From: an uncultured Candidatus Binatia bacterium
GTDB taxonomy: Bacteria; Desulfobacterota; Binatia; UBA9968; JAJDTQ01
NCBI GenBank assembly: GCA_964291295.2
Contig: OZ219754.1
Span: forward strand, 2,688,001-2,752,000
Length of the DNA stretch: 64,000 nucleotides
Direction of reading: 5' to 3'
Shown: positions 38,956 through 48,784 of the stretch, one piece after another
How the letters are laid out: each line of letters starts with the position of its first letter
Numbering within the stretch: the first letter of the stretch is position 1
Translations under genes and position numbers: made by a program
Notes under the pieces: model-generated
Told to the model about the DNA's origin: nothing
Database searches by the model: none
What the model saw: the letters and a program-made list of their open reading frames with translations, nothing else

Positions 38956-39921
38956 CTAGCGAAGGAACGTGTCTTCGTGGGAGAGCTGGATCGCCGCCTG
39001 GTCAAAGGCCGCTTCGTCCGGCTCACCGTCTCCCAGGATGCCGATCTGACTCAGAAACTGCCCGATCTGGACATGATCCCTGGGACTTACCGGAGCATAG
39101 GGCCGGGCCGGGTCGCCGATATCCACCCCGAAGTGCTTCAGTGCCGACTTCATGATCGGCGGCAGCCCGTAGGCGCCCCATTTCCCCGGGAAGAGCGTAA
39201 AGCAGCGCTGCCAGTAGCGCGCCTTGTCGATGTCCCCCTCCCGGAACGCCCTCGCCACCCTGGCGCCGATGCGGGTGCCCGGAGGCGGCATGGTGGCCCC
39301 GGCACCGCCCATCATGAGGGTGGTCAGCAGCGGCTGCATGGTGGTGAAGTAGCTGGCCTTGCCGGCCAGGTGCACCTGCTCGATGAGTCGCGTGATCTTG
39401 GTGATGTCCCGCGAACTTTCCTTGAAGTAGTCGACTTTTTCCAGTTCGCTCAGCCGCACGAAGGCATCCAGCGGCGGATCGGCGCCGGGGCCGGGATTGT
39501 GGTAGGCGACGATGGGCAGCGGGCTGACCGACGCCACCTCGGTGAAGAACTGCACCAGGTCGGCGATGGTGGGCTGCCCGCCCCACGGACGGATGGGCAT
39601 CAGCACCTGGATGAGGTCGCCGCCCGCGGCGGCGGCATGGTCCGCCAGTTCGAGAACGGTGTCGATGGAATGGCTGGACGCCCCGAGAATGACCGGCACG
39701 CGCTTGTTGACGATTTCGGTGGCGCGCCGCATGACGTCCTTGCGTTCCTGGAGGGACAGCACGGTGTATTCCGAGGCTTCGACGGCGGCCACGGAGATGG
39801 CATCGCAGTCGGCCACGAGAAATTCGATCTCCCGGGCCAGCGCATTGTAGTCAACTTTCCCGTCGTCCGTGAAGGGCGTAAGCGCCGCTCCTATGATTCC
39901 ACTGATGGGCTTCGCCAGCAT
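38956..39921 (-). CDS. Dihydrodipicolinate synthase family (class I aldolase) protein
   Basis: ALTPFTDDGKVD, LSLQER, YHNP, Schiff-base Lys in YFKESS. Confidence 0.88.
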   Translation of the reverse strand: MLAKPISGIIGAALTPFTDDGKVDYNALAREIEFLVADCDAISVAAVEASEYTVLSLQERKDVMRRATEIVNKRVPVILGASSHSIDTVLELADHAAAAGGDLIQVLMPIRPWGGQPTIADLVQFFTEVASVSPLPIVAYHNPGPGADPPLDAFVRLSELEKVDYFKESSRDITKITRLIEQVHLAGKASYFTTMQPLLTTLMMGGAGATMPPPGTRIGARVARAFREGDIDKARYWQRCFTLFPGKWGAYGLPPIMKSALKHFGVDIGDPARPYAPVSPRDHVQIGQFLSQIGILGDGEPDEAAFDQAAIQLSHEDTFLR

Positions 39922-39992
39922 CCATCACCTCTCGGGGATTGAGTCGGGACAACCGATGGTCATGTGTTCCGGGGAATGGACCCGAATCGCCG

Positions 39993-40643
39993 TTAGATCT
40001 CGGCGACGATTCTGGCATGGGCGGCGTCGCTTCCCCGCACCTTCAGGGGCAGCGCCATGATACGGCTTTTCCGTCCCGCGATGGCCCCCAGATTGGTTAC
40101 GTTCTCGGCGATCAGGATGTCGTTTCCCAGCAGGGTCCGATGTACCGGGAAGGCAAATCCCTTGGGCCGCAAGGGGGTCGGCAGATCCACCGTGATACAG
40201 TCGATGCCGAACAGCTTCACCCCGCGCGCCACGATCCATTCCGCCGCATCGACGGACAGATAGGGGTGCATGTTGTATGTTTCGCTTTCGAATTTCTCGT
40301 CCCATCCGGTATGCAGCATGAGGATGTCTCCCCGCTCGACGGGGACTCCCGAGCCTTCGAGGTCGGCAGCCGTGACCTCCTCCCCCCCGCTCTTCTCCAC
40401 GGAGATGACGACACCCGGACCGACGAACGCATCAAGGGATAGTTCCTCGATGGACTTGCCGTCGGGTATGATGTGAACCGGCGCGTCCACGTGAGTTCCG
40501 GCATGACACGGCAGGGTGATCTCGGTGACATTGAGGGGATGGCCCTTGCCGAGGTCGAAGAACCGCTGCACGTGCACGTCCGGAAGCACGGGGATCTTGG
40601 GCATGCCGTCGTAGATTATCCGTGAAAGATCGATCATGGACAT
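39993..40643 (-). CDS. Cyclase family metal-dependent hydrolase (kynurenine formamidase-like)
   Basis: IDLS, HAGTHVDAPVH, GID, VHRTLLG, IAENVTNL. Confidence 0.92.
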   Translation of the reverse strand: MSMIDLSRIIYDGMPKIPVLPDVHVQRFFDLGKGHPLNVTEITLPCHAGTHVDAPVHIIPDGKSIEELSLDAFVGPGVVISVEKSGGEEVTAADLEGSGVPVERGDILMLHTGWDEKFESETYNMHPYLSVDAAEWIVARGVKLFGIDCITVDLPTPLRPKGFAFPVHRTLLGNDILIAENVTNLGAIAGRKSRIMALPLKVRGSDAAHARIVAEI

Positions 40644-40678
40644 GGTGGTGTTCCTGAGGGGTCCGGGCGCCCGCGCTC

Positions 40679-41419
40679 TCAGGTGCGGTGCCAGGCGGCG
40701 TAGATGGCATCCTTGTCGACGAAGGCTCTCCGGATGCCGTCGAAGGCCAGCCAGAACTGGTCCAGGGTCTTCTGCACCGACTGTCGCACCAAGTCCTGCT
40801 GCTGGTCGGTGACGGCGTACTTCCGCACCGCTTCGGGCCCCACCTTCATGTGCTCTTCGTCCACTCCCATGTGAAGCGTCCAGTAGCGGATGTCGTCGCT
40901 TTCCCGGTCGAAGCCGTAATGGGTCGTCAGTCCGGTGACGATGCGGCTCATGCGCTCGCTGGCGGTGCCTTCCAGGCAGAACCCCTGGCAGGCATACAGT
41001 TCCAGCCACGAGCGCTGGTACATCAGCAACTCGCGCCAATCGAGAAACGCCGATGTCTCGGGCAGCGGCCGGACCGAGTCCAGTTCCTCCTTGGACTCGA
41101 AACCGCAGGCCATCGCGAATCTGATGAAAAGGCCCCGGTGGCTGTCGGTGCCGGAGATCTCGCCGGTGCCCTCCTCCACGACATTCTCGATCCACATCCT
41201 CTCCAGCTCGGCGTCGTCGGGACAGCGCCCCAGCATGGCCGCGATGGGCTTGGGGAAGGGCTTGGGGAAAAAAAGATAGAACTGCCCCACGAACCCCTTC
41301 AGCGCCTCCCGGTCGATCTCTCCCCGTTCGATCATCCCGATCATCGGATTGTCCTTGGAGTGCTTGGCGCGAACCGTGTCCATTATTTCGCTTACAAACG
41401 CATCACCGGCAAGAGGCAT
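40679..41419 (-). CDS. Heme-oxygenase-like diiron enzyme (CADD/PqqC/TenA-like fold)
   Basis: ENVVEEGTG...SH, CLEG and YWTLHMGVDEEH form the HDO iron-ligand pattern. Confidence 0.82.
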   Translation of the reverse strand: MPLAGDAFVSEIMDTVRAKHSKDNPMIGMIERGEIDREALKGFVGQFYLFFPKPFPKPIAAMLGRCPDDAELERMWIENVVEEGTGEISGTDSHRGLFIRFAMACGFESKEELDSVRPLPETSAFLDWRELLMYQRSWLELYACQGFCLEGTASERMSRIVTGLTTHYGFDRESDDIRYWTLHMGVDEEHMKVGPEAVRKYAVTDQQQDLVRQSVQKTLDQFWLAFDGIRRAFVDKDAIYAAWHRT

Positions 41420-41620
41420 GAATCGGCTCCTATGAAATCGGCTCCCCGAGTCGGCTCCCCGAGTCTTTCGGGGATTTCCGGTAAAGGCCATCCCTGTACC
41501 GACACGGCGGTGCCGGCAACGCGGGTGGATGTCCTTCACCGCAATGGAAACGGTTGCTTGAGTGGGACTGGTTACTTGAAAGCCCGATGAATGGCAAATG
41601 GCGCCGCTGCTTCCGGACCG

Positions 41621-42643
41621 TCAGGCGAGTCCGTAGAAGCGTCGGGCGTTGTCCCCCAGTATGTTCTGCTTGTCTTCCCGGGAAATGTCGCTCCGCTCCC
41701 AGATCAACGAACCGGATTCCGGCCAACTCATGTCCCAGTGGGGATAGTCCGACGCATACATGATCGTCTCGGAGCCGATCTCCCCCACGACGTAGCCGAT
41801 GGTTTTCTCGTCGGGCTCGCAACCGTAGAACACATTCCTGCTGGCGAGATAGCGGCTGGGCTCCTGCCTGCATTCGGGGGCCTCCACCGCCCCGCGCTTC
41901 TCCCACTCCTCGTCCATGCGGTCCGACCAGTAGGGGATCCAGCCGCAGCCGATCTCGAGAAAACCGAGCTTCAACTCCGGAAACATCTCCGGAATGCCGC
42001 CAAAGATCATCGCCGTGAGCTGGCGCAGCACCGGGAACGGGTGGCCGGTGGTGTGAATGGAGATGAACTGGTCGAAGATCTCGCTGCCCGGCTCGTCGCC
42101 GCCAAAGGCGTGGACGGCCAGCGGGGTGCCGAGCCGCTGCGCCTCCTCGTAGAGCGGATAATACTCGGGAGCGCCCAGGTTCCTGCCATGGCCCTGGGCC
42201 GCCAGCATGCCGCCTGCCAGTCCGAGTTCCGCGATCGCATGGCGCAGTTCCCCGGGCGCAGCCGCCGGGGCGTTGACGGGCAGGTTCGCCACCGCCTTGA
42301 GCCGGGGAGACGCCTTGCAATAGTCGGCGATGAATTCGTTGTAGGCCCGGCACAATTGCGTCTGGTAGCCGGGCTCGCGAATGCGGCCGATGCCCAGCCC
42401 GCTCGTCGGGTACATGACCGCGGTGTGGATCTCCTGAGTGTCCATGGCGGCAAGACGCTCCTCATGCCGTATGCCCGCGTGTCCGAGTGTCCCGCCAAGG
42501 TTGCGGTCATAGGTTTCCCGCGGAATGAACGGCGGCCGCCGGTTCCGGAAAGCCTCGCCCAGGAACGGCTTCACCAGGTCATCGTTGTCCCTCGCGTGGG
42601 CGTCGGCGTCGATCACCTTGACAGTCGGGTCGATCTTTCCCAT
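41621..42643 (-). CDS. Amidohydrolase family protein (Amidohydro_2)
   Basis: IDADAH, RAYN, PLAVH, LEIGCGW, ASDYPHWD, ILGDNARRFY. Confidence 0.92.
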   Translation of the reverse strand: MGKIDPTVKVIDADAHARDNDDLVKPFLGEAFRNRRPPFIPRETYDRNLGGTLGHAGIRHEERLAAMDTQEIHTAVMYPTSGLGIGRIREPGYQTQLCRAYNEFIADYCKASPRLKAVANLPVNAPAAAPGELRHAIAELGLAGGMLAAQGHGRNLGAPEYYPLYEEAQRLGTPLAVHAFGGDEPGSEIFDQFISIHTTGHPFPVLRQLTAMIFGGIPEMFPELKLGFLEIGCGWIPYWSDRMDEEWEKRGAVEAPECRQEPSRYLASRNVFYGCEPDEKTIGYVVGEIGSETIMYASDYPHWDMSWPESGSLIWERSDISREDKQNILGDNARRFYGLA

Positions 42644-42837
42644 GTTCGTCTCCCTCGGTGGTCTTGTGGCGCACGTGATCCAACACACTACCAGTTCCGG
42701 TCCCGGATGCAAGCCATCCGGCTCCGTTCGCCGCCCCGGTTCCCGCTCCGAAACCGTGACCGCCCCCGCCTCGCGCCATTCGTCCGGGCTCCACCGCCGC
42801 TCTGGAATGGAAGCGGCTTTTCTGCGATTCTTCCACC

Positions 42838-45087
42838 ATGGCGAAGTCGACGAACCGCATGACCCTGGACGTCATCGGTCAACCGACGCCGGCCCTTGAG
42901 GGTGCGGCGAAGGTTACCGCGGACGCGCGTTACCTTGAGGACCTCCAACTCCCGGGCCTGCTCCACGGCAGGATCTGCCGGAGTCCCCTGCCCCACGCCA
43001 GGGTTCTCGCCATCGACACCTCCCGAGCCGAGCGCCTGCCCGGGGTGATCGCGGTCATCACCGCCCGGGACATGCCCGACATCCGATTCAGCTTCGTCCC
43101 GGAACTGGCCGACAAGGTGCCGCTGTGCGCACCGGGGCGCACGGTTCGCTACGCCGGCGACGAGGTGGCGGCCGTGGCCGCGCTCGACGAACGCACCGCC
43201 GAGGAGGCCGTGCGCGTCATCAAGGTTTCGTATCAGCCCCTGGAGCCGGTGCTGGATGTGAAGACCGCGCTGTCGCCGAACTCTCCCCAAGTCCACGGCG
43301 GCGGCAATCTGGCGTACGAGGTGCACAAGGCCGAGGGCGACCTCGAGGCGGCCTGGTCCGGCTGCGACATGGTGGTGGAGGAGGAGTTCGAAACCGCGCG
43401 GCAGTCGCACGCGGTCATGGAGACGCGCGGGTGCATCGCCCACTGGGCTGCCGCCGGCCGGCTCACGGTCTGGCACCAGACACAGGCACCGCACACGCTG
43501 CGCGGCGAGGTGGCCCGGAGCCTGGGCATTCCCGAGCGGATGGTGCGGGTGATCCAGCCGGAAACCGGCGGCGGTTTCGGCTCCCGGCTGGTGATGAACG
43601 TCATGGTGCCCATCGCCGCGGTACTCTCCCGGAAGGCGGGGCGCCCGGTGCGCATCGTCAACACCCGGGACGAGGAGTTTCGCTGCGCCGGGGCCCGCTA
43701 CGCCTATCGCTTCAGACTCAGGCTGGGCTGCACCCGGGACGGCGTCATCCGCGCCAAGAGCCTTGATGTCGTCGGCGACAACGGTGCCTACAACGACAAG
43801 GGTGTCTCCACCATCAATTTCATCACCATGACCTTCTTCTCGAGCTATGACCGGCACCGACCCGCCGCCTCCGTGGACGCCCGGCTGGTCTACACCAACA
43901 AGCCGCCCGGGGGCGCCTTCCGGGGCTTTGGCCACGCCGAGGAGACCTTCGCCTTTGAATCCACCCTGGAGACCATGGCCGGGCGCCTGGGCCTGGATCC
44001 GGTGGCGATGCGCATGGAGAACCTGCGGCGCCCGGGCGAGCGCACCTGCGTGGAGCGCGCCGCCGGGCTGATGCGTCCGGCGGCAAAACCCGCCGCGCGC
44101 ACCGGCATCGGCATGGCGGTGTTGTCCGAAACCGGCGCCGGCCTGCGCTATTACCGGCAGAACTCCACCGAGGCCATGGTCAAGGTTGAGCGGGACGGCA
44201 CCGTGAGCATCATCGCCGCCGTCGCCGACACCGGCACCGGCACCCGCACGGTGATGGCCCAGATCGCGGCCGAGCAGCTCGGCGTGCGGGTGGACCGGAT
44301 CCGCATCGTCCACAACGACACCGACGTGATCCCCTACGACCTCGGCACCTGGGCCAGCCGCACCACCTACGTCTGCGGCAACGCCGTGGCCGCGGCCGCC
44401 GCCGACGCGCGCCGGCGGCTGGCGGCGGTGGCCGCCGGCATGCTCGGGGCCGCCCCGGAGACGCTGGCGTTTGGCGGCGAGCGGGTGACGTGCACGGTGG
44501 AGCCCGGCGGCGGGGTGGGTTTCGACGAGGTCGTGCGGGAGGCTTATGACCGGCAGGGCCTTCTCGTCATCGGCAAGGGCGCCTTCGTGGACCCGGAGGC
44601 CACCCGCTTCGTTCCCAACGACCACGAGGCGGCGGCGCCGGTGGTCGCCTCCTGCTGCCACGTGGCCGAGGTGCGGGTGGACACGGAGACCGGCGCGGTG
44701 GAGCTGCTGCGCTACCTGGCGGTACACGACGTCGGCAAGGCCCTCAACCCACTGGGCATACAGGGTCAGATAGAGGGCGGCGTCGCCCAGGGGATCGGTT
44801 TCGCGCTGTATGAAGAGCTGGCGCTGGACGGCGGTCAGGTGCTGAATCCGAACCTGGTGGACTACCGGCTCCCCACCTTCGGCACCGTGCCCGGGCGCCT
44901 GGACTCCGTGCTCGTCGAAGGCGACCCCTCCGAGGGCCCCTACGGCGCCAAGGGCATCGGCGAACTGCCGTTCGGGCCGGCCGCCCCCGCCATCGCCAAC
45001 GCCATCCACAACGCGGTCGGGGTGCGCCCGAGGGCCTTGCCCATGACGCCGGAGCGGGTTCTCCGGGCGTTGAAGGGACAGGGGTAG
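42838..45087 (+). CDS. Xanthine dehydrogenase family molybdopterin-binding (large) subunit
   Basis: RSPLPHA, VRYAGD, GGGFGSR, AFRGFG, GQIEGG..QGIG, AKGIGE. Confidence 0.92.
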   Translation: MAKSTNRMTLDVIGQPTPALEGAAKVTADARYLEDLQLPGLLHGRICRSPLPHARVLAIDTSRAERLPGVIAVITARDMPDIRFSFVPELADKVPLCAPGRTVRYAGDEVAAVAALDERTAEEAVRVIKVSYQPLEPVLDVKTALSPNSPQVHGGGNLAYEVHKAEGDLEAAWSGCDMVVEEEFETARQSHAVMETRGCIAHWAAAGRLTVWHQTQAPHTLRGEVARSLGIPERMVRVIQPETGGGFGSRLVMNVMVPIAAVLSRKAGRPVRIVNTRDEEFRCAGARYAYRFRLRLGCTRDGVIRAKSLDVVGDNGAYNDKGVSTINFITMTFFSSYDRHRPAASVDARLVYTNKPPGGAFRGFGHAEETFAFESTLETMAGRLGLDPVAMRMENLRRPGERTCVERAAGLMRPAAKPAARTGIGMAVLSETGAGLRYYRQNSTEAMVKVERDGTVSIIAAVADTGTGTRTVMAQIAAEQLGVRVDRIRIVHNDTDVIPYDLGTWASRTTYVCGNAVAAAAADARRRLAAVAAGMLGAAPETLAFGGERVTCTVEPGGGVGFDEVVREAYDRQGLLVIGKGAFVDPEATRFVPNDHEAAAPVVASCCHVAEVRVDTETGAVELLRYLAVHDVGKALNPLGIQGQIEGGVAQGIGFALYEELALDGGQVLNPNLVDYRLPTFGTVPGRLDSVLVEGDPSEGPYGAKGIGELPFGPAAPAIANAIHNAVGVRPRALPMTPERVLRALKGQG

Positions 45088-45178
45088 GCGGTGTCTTCGG
45101 CCTTGATGCATTACTGTCCGTGGCGAGCCGCCTCGAACCCGCTTGCCACGCATGCCCCGGCGACGGTGGCGAGTAACC

Positions 45179-46168
45179 ATGCGTGATCTGCCCATACGAT
45201 GGGGCCTCAGTCTCCCCAACCGCGGTGTGCTTTTCGGCCTCACGACCGTGGCGGACCTCTTCAGGTCGGCGGCACTGGCCGAGGAGTGCGGCGCCTTCGA
45301 GTCGGTGTGGGTGGGCGACAGCTTCATTCACAAGCCGCGCCTGGACTCCATCGTCATGCTGTCGAACCTCGCGGCGCGCACCCGGCGGGTGCGGCTGGGC
45401 ACCATCTGCATGGCCACCTTTCCGTTGCGCCATCCGGTGGAACTGGCGATCCAGTGGGCCAGCCTGGACCAGGTGTCCGGAGGCCGTACGGTCCTGGGCG
45501 CGTGCATCGGCGGCGGCCATGAGCCCGAACTCCGGGCATTCGGACAGACTTCCAAGGAGCGGGTGCCGCGGCTGGAGGAAGGCGTGGCGTTGTTGCGCGC
45601 GCTGTGGGGCGGCGAACCGGTGCATTACCACGGACGTTTCTACACGCTGGAGGACTGCGACATCCTGCCCAAGCCGGTGCAACGGCCCTGCCCCATCTGG
45701 ATCGCGGTGAATCCGCGCCAGCCCATGGCCGGTAGTCCCCGGGTCAGGCGCGCGCTGGAGCGGGCCGTGCGGTTGGGCGATGGCTACATGACGGACGCGG
45801 TGGCGCCGGACGAGTTCCGCCGCCGCTGGGACTTCATGCAGGAGACCGCGCGCCGGCAGGGCCGCGACCTCGCCGGCTTCGAGACCTGCATTCACGGCAT
45901 GATCAACATCAACGAGGACAAGCGGGCGGCCCGGGAGGAGTCGCGGCACTACTTCCGGGAGTACTACACGCCCTCCTGGCCCACCGAGGACGTGATCGAC
46001 ATCTGGCTGGCGCACGGAGCGCCGGACGAGTGCGCGGCGCTCATCCGGGAGTGGCTGGACATGGGCATCACCACGCCGGTGCTGCGCTTTACCGGGCACG
46101 ACCAGCCGGCGCAGATCCGCCGTTTCATCGAGGAGGTGCTGCCGCTCCTCCAGGAGAAGGTCCCATGA
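45179..46168 (+). CDS. LLM class (luciferase-like) flavin/F420-dependent oxidoreductase
   Basis: FESVWVGDS, RHPVELA, LDQVSGGR, PKPVQRP.PIW. Confidence 0.9.
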   Translation: MRDLPIRWGLSLPNRGVLFGLTTVADLFRSAALAEECGAFESVWVGDSFIHKPRLDSIVMLSNLAARTRRVRLGTICMATFPLRHPVELAIQWASLDQVSGGRTVLGACIGGGHEPELRAFGQTSKERVPRLEEGVALLRALWGGEPVHYHGRFYTLEDCDILPKPVQRPCPIWIAVNPRQPMAGSPRVRRALERAVRLGDGYMTDAVAPDEFRRRWDFMQETARRQGRDLAGFETCIHGMININEDKRAAREESRHYFREYYTPSWPTEDVIDIWLAHGAPDECAALIREWLDMGITTPVLRFTGHDQPAQIRRFIEEVLPLLQEKVP

Positions 46169-47550
46169 ATCCGAACCTGCGAGATTTCCTGCGCGTCGTC
46201 CGGGAGACAGGGCCCGACAACTACGTCGAGGTGACGAAGCCGCTGGATCCCCGCCTGGAGATCAGCATCCTGCAGCACAAGCTCGCCGCCGAGGGACGCA
46301 ATCCGGTGATCTACTGTCCCGAGATCAAGGGCAGCCCGCTGCCGCTGGTCACCAACCTCTTCGGCTCTTTCGAACTTCTGGCCTGGGGACTGGGCTGCGA
46401 CCCGCGCGCCATGACCCGGGTGGATATCTACGACGTGCTGCGCGGGAAGCTGGCACAGCGGGAAGCGCCGGTGTGGGTGGACGAGGACAAGGCGCCGGTC
46501 AAGGAGAAGAAGCTCATCGGCGACGCCGTGGACCTGAGCGTACTGCCCATCATCCACAACTCGAAACTCGATGCCGGGAAGTACATCGGCGCCGGTTTCA
46601 TGATCGCCCGATGGCCGGACACCGGCGTCCCCAACGCCGGCATCTACCGCCATCTGGTCATGGGGCGGAACCGGCTCGGCTGCATGATCAATCCCGGCAA
46701 CGACGGCGCCTACATCGCTCGGCGCTGCGCCGAACTGGGGCGGCCCATGGAGGTGGCGCTGGCCATCGGCCACCACTCCGCGGTGCTGCAGGCGTCCCAG
46801 GGCAAGGGGATCGTGGAGTTCGACCTCATGGGCGGCTATCTCGGCGAATCGCTGGAGGTGGTCCGGGGCGAGACCGTGGATGTGCCGGTGCCGGCCCAGG
46901 CGGAGATCGTCATCGAGGGGACCATCGACGCCACCACCCTGTCCACCGACGGCCCCTACGCCGAGTACCTGGGCTACTACGGGGTCGGCGACAAGCCTTG
47001 CTATGTCATCGACGTGAGCGCCATCACCATGCGCCGGGACGCCATCTACCATCACCTGGACTCGGCCCACATCGAGCACAACCTGGCGCCCAACGTGAGC
47101 GCCGAGATGAGCATGTACGACCGCTTGCGATCCCAGTTCCCCACCGTCAAGGGGGTGAACGTCATGGGCTGGCTGGGCACTTACGTGTCGTTGCAGCAGC
47201 GGGTTCCCGGCGAAGGCCGGCAGGCCGGACTGGTGGCGGTGTCCACGGACAACTACGGCAAGACCGTGGTGGTGGTGGACGACGACGTGGACATCTACAG
47301 CGAGCGGGAGGTGGCCTGGGCCATCAGCACCCGCATGGTCGCGGACCGGGATCTGCTGATCCTGCCCGGGGTCAAGGGCGCGCACCTCGATCCGGTGTCG
47401 TACAACGAGGCGCGCACGGGCCGGGGCCCCATGACCACGCACCTCGTCATCGACGCCACACGTCCGGTGGAGACGGAGTTCGAGAAGAAGATCGAGCCGG
47501 ACCCGGAGTTGTGGCAGGCCATGGATCTGAGAGAATACCTGAAACCCTGA
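46165..47550 (+). CDS. UbiD family (prFMN-dependent) decarboxylase
   Basis: DAGKYI, NAGIYR, VPAQAEIVIEG, DGPYAEYLGYY, VVVVDDDVD, LDP, IDAT. Confidence 0.92.
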   Translation: MNPNLRDFLRVVRETGPDNYVEVTKPLDPRLEISILQHKLAAEGRNPVIYCPEIKGSPLPLVTNLFGSFELLAWGLGCDPRAMTRVDIYDVLRGKLAQREAPVWVDEDKAPVKEKKLIGDAVDLSVLPIIHNSKLDAGKYIGAGFMIARWPDTGVPNAGIYRHLVMGRNRLGCMINPGNDGAYIARRCAELGRPMEVALAIGHHSAVLQASQGKGIVEFDLMGGYLGESLEVVRGETVDVPVPAQAEIVIEGTIDATTLSTDGPYAEYLGYYGVGDKPCYVIDVSAITMRRDAIYHHLDSAHIEHNLAPNVSAEMSMYDRLRSQFPTVKGVNVMGWLGTYVSLQQRVPGEGRQAGLVAVSTDNYGKTVVVVDDDVDIYSEREVAWAISTRMVADRDLLILPGVKGAHLDPVSYNEARTGRGPMTTHLVIDATRPVETEFEKKIEPDPELWQAMDLREYLKP

Positions 47551-47566
47551 CGTGCCATTGGTGCCA

Positions 47567-47595
47567 TTGACAAAGATACGGGCACTGACTACTAT
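47567..47595 (+). promoter_or_regulatory. Near-consensus sigma70 promoter for the ABC transporter operon
   Basis: TTGACA-17 bp-TACTAT, about 100 bp upstream of the RBS GGGAGG / ATG 47695. Confidence 0.65.
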
Positions 47596-47694
47596 TCGTC
47601 GTTCTCCGCGTTCGTGGAGTGGCGGGGTTCGTGAAACAACGGTGCTCTCATTGCCGGTCCGAACCGCCGGCGCCCAATTCAAGGGAGGCAGACA

Positions 47695-48687
47695 ATGCGA
47701 CGCTATACATGGATGGTTCTGATGGCGACAGCGCTGGTGAGCTTCCTGGCCTTCGAGGCCGCGGCCAAGGATCTCCACAAGGTCAAGGTCACCGCCGGCC
47801 GTAACAGCATCATCTCGATGCTCTACCTGGCGGGCGAGATGGCGGGTATCTTCGAGAAGAACGGCATCGATGCCGACGTGGACGTGCGCCCCTTCAAGGG
47901 ACACATGGCCGCGCTGCCCGCCAAGGAAGTGCCCTGCTCTTCGTACGCGGGAACCGCCGCCATCGCCAGGATCACCAAGGGGCTCGATTTCGTCATCGTC
48001 GGAGGCGGACTCACCGTGATGCAGGAGGTCTTCGTCAAGAAGGACAGCCCGATCCAGTCCATCGGCGATCTCAGGGGCAAGAAGTTCGGCACCTGGTCCA
48101 CCGGCGCCGGTGCCTTCAAAGCCACCCGGGCAGTCATCATGGACGGTCACGGCATGGACGTCCTCGACAAGAAGGACGCCGAACTGGTCCAGGCCGCGGC
48201 ACCGGCGCTGCTGGCATTGCTGGGTCGCGGCGACGTGGACTCCATGTTCAACATCAGTTCGCTGACCATCAGGGCGGCGTCGCAGCCCGACATGTACCGG
48301 TCGGTGTTCGCACCCAACGACTACTGGAAGAAGAAGACCGGACAGGCCATCGTGTGGTCCGCGCCGCTGGTCTGCTGGCGGGAGTGGGTGGACGCGGATC
48401 GGGAGCGGGCGAAGAACTTCTCGAACGCGGTCATGGAGTCCATGCGCTGGCTGAGGAACCCCGCGAATTTCGACCGGGCCGAGGCGAAGTTCGCCAAGGT
48501 GACCGGCATCAAGAACAAGGCCGAAGCCGGCGTCTACCGGGACTGGCTGCAGAAGGACAAGATCTTCCTGGCCAAGTGGGACAAGAAGACCGTGGACCAT
48601 CAATGGGATTTTCTGGAAATGGCCAAGCGGCGGGGTGTTCTGGACTTCGTTCCGGACAAGAAGAAGCACGGGCTGATCCTCAACTGA
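47695..48687 (+). CDS. ABC transporter substrate-binding protein (SsuA/NMT1/TauA-like)
   Basis: Signal peptide, GIFEKNGID, SPIQSIGDLRGKK; followed by NitT/TauT-type permeases and ATPase. Confidence 0.85.
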   Translation: MRRYTWMVLMATALVSFLAFEAAAKDLHKVKVTAGRNSIISMLYLAGEMAGIFEKNGIDADVDVRPFKGHMAALPAKEVPCSSYAGTAAIARITKGLDFVIVGGGLTVMQEVFVKKDSPIQSIGDLRGKKFGTWSTGAGAFKATRAVIMDGHGMDVLDKKDAELVQAAAPALLALLGRGDVDSMFNISSLTIRAASQPDMYRSVFAPNDYWKKKTGQAIVWSAPLVCWREWVDADRERAKNFSNAVMESMRWLRNPANFDRAEAKFAKVTGIKNKAEAGVYRDWLQKDKIFLAKWDKKTVDHQWDFLEMAKRRGVLDFVPDKKKHGLILN

Positions 48688-48784
48688 TCGACGTCAAGGC
48701 GTCCGGGACCTCGATACGGCGTTGGCCGTCCTGGGCCGACTCGAGGTTCCGGCCCCTTCACACCCATTCCCGACAGGCTCCCCC

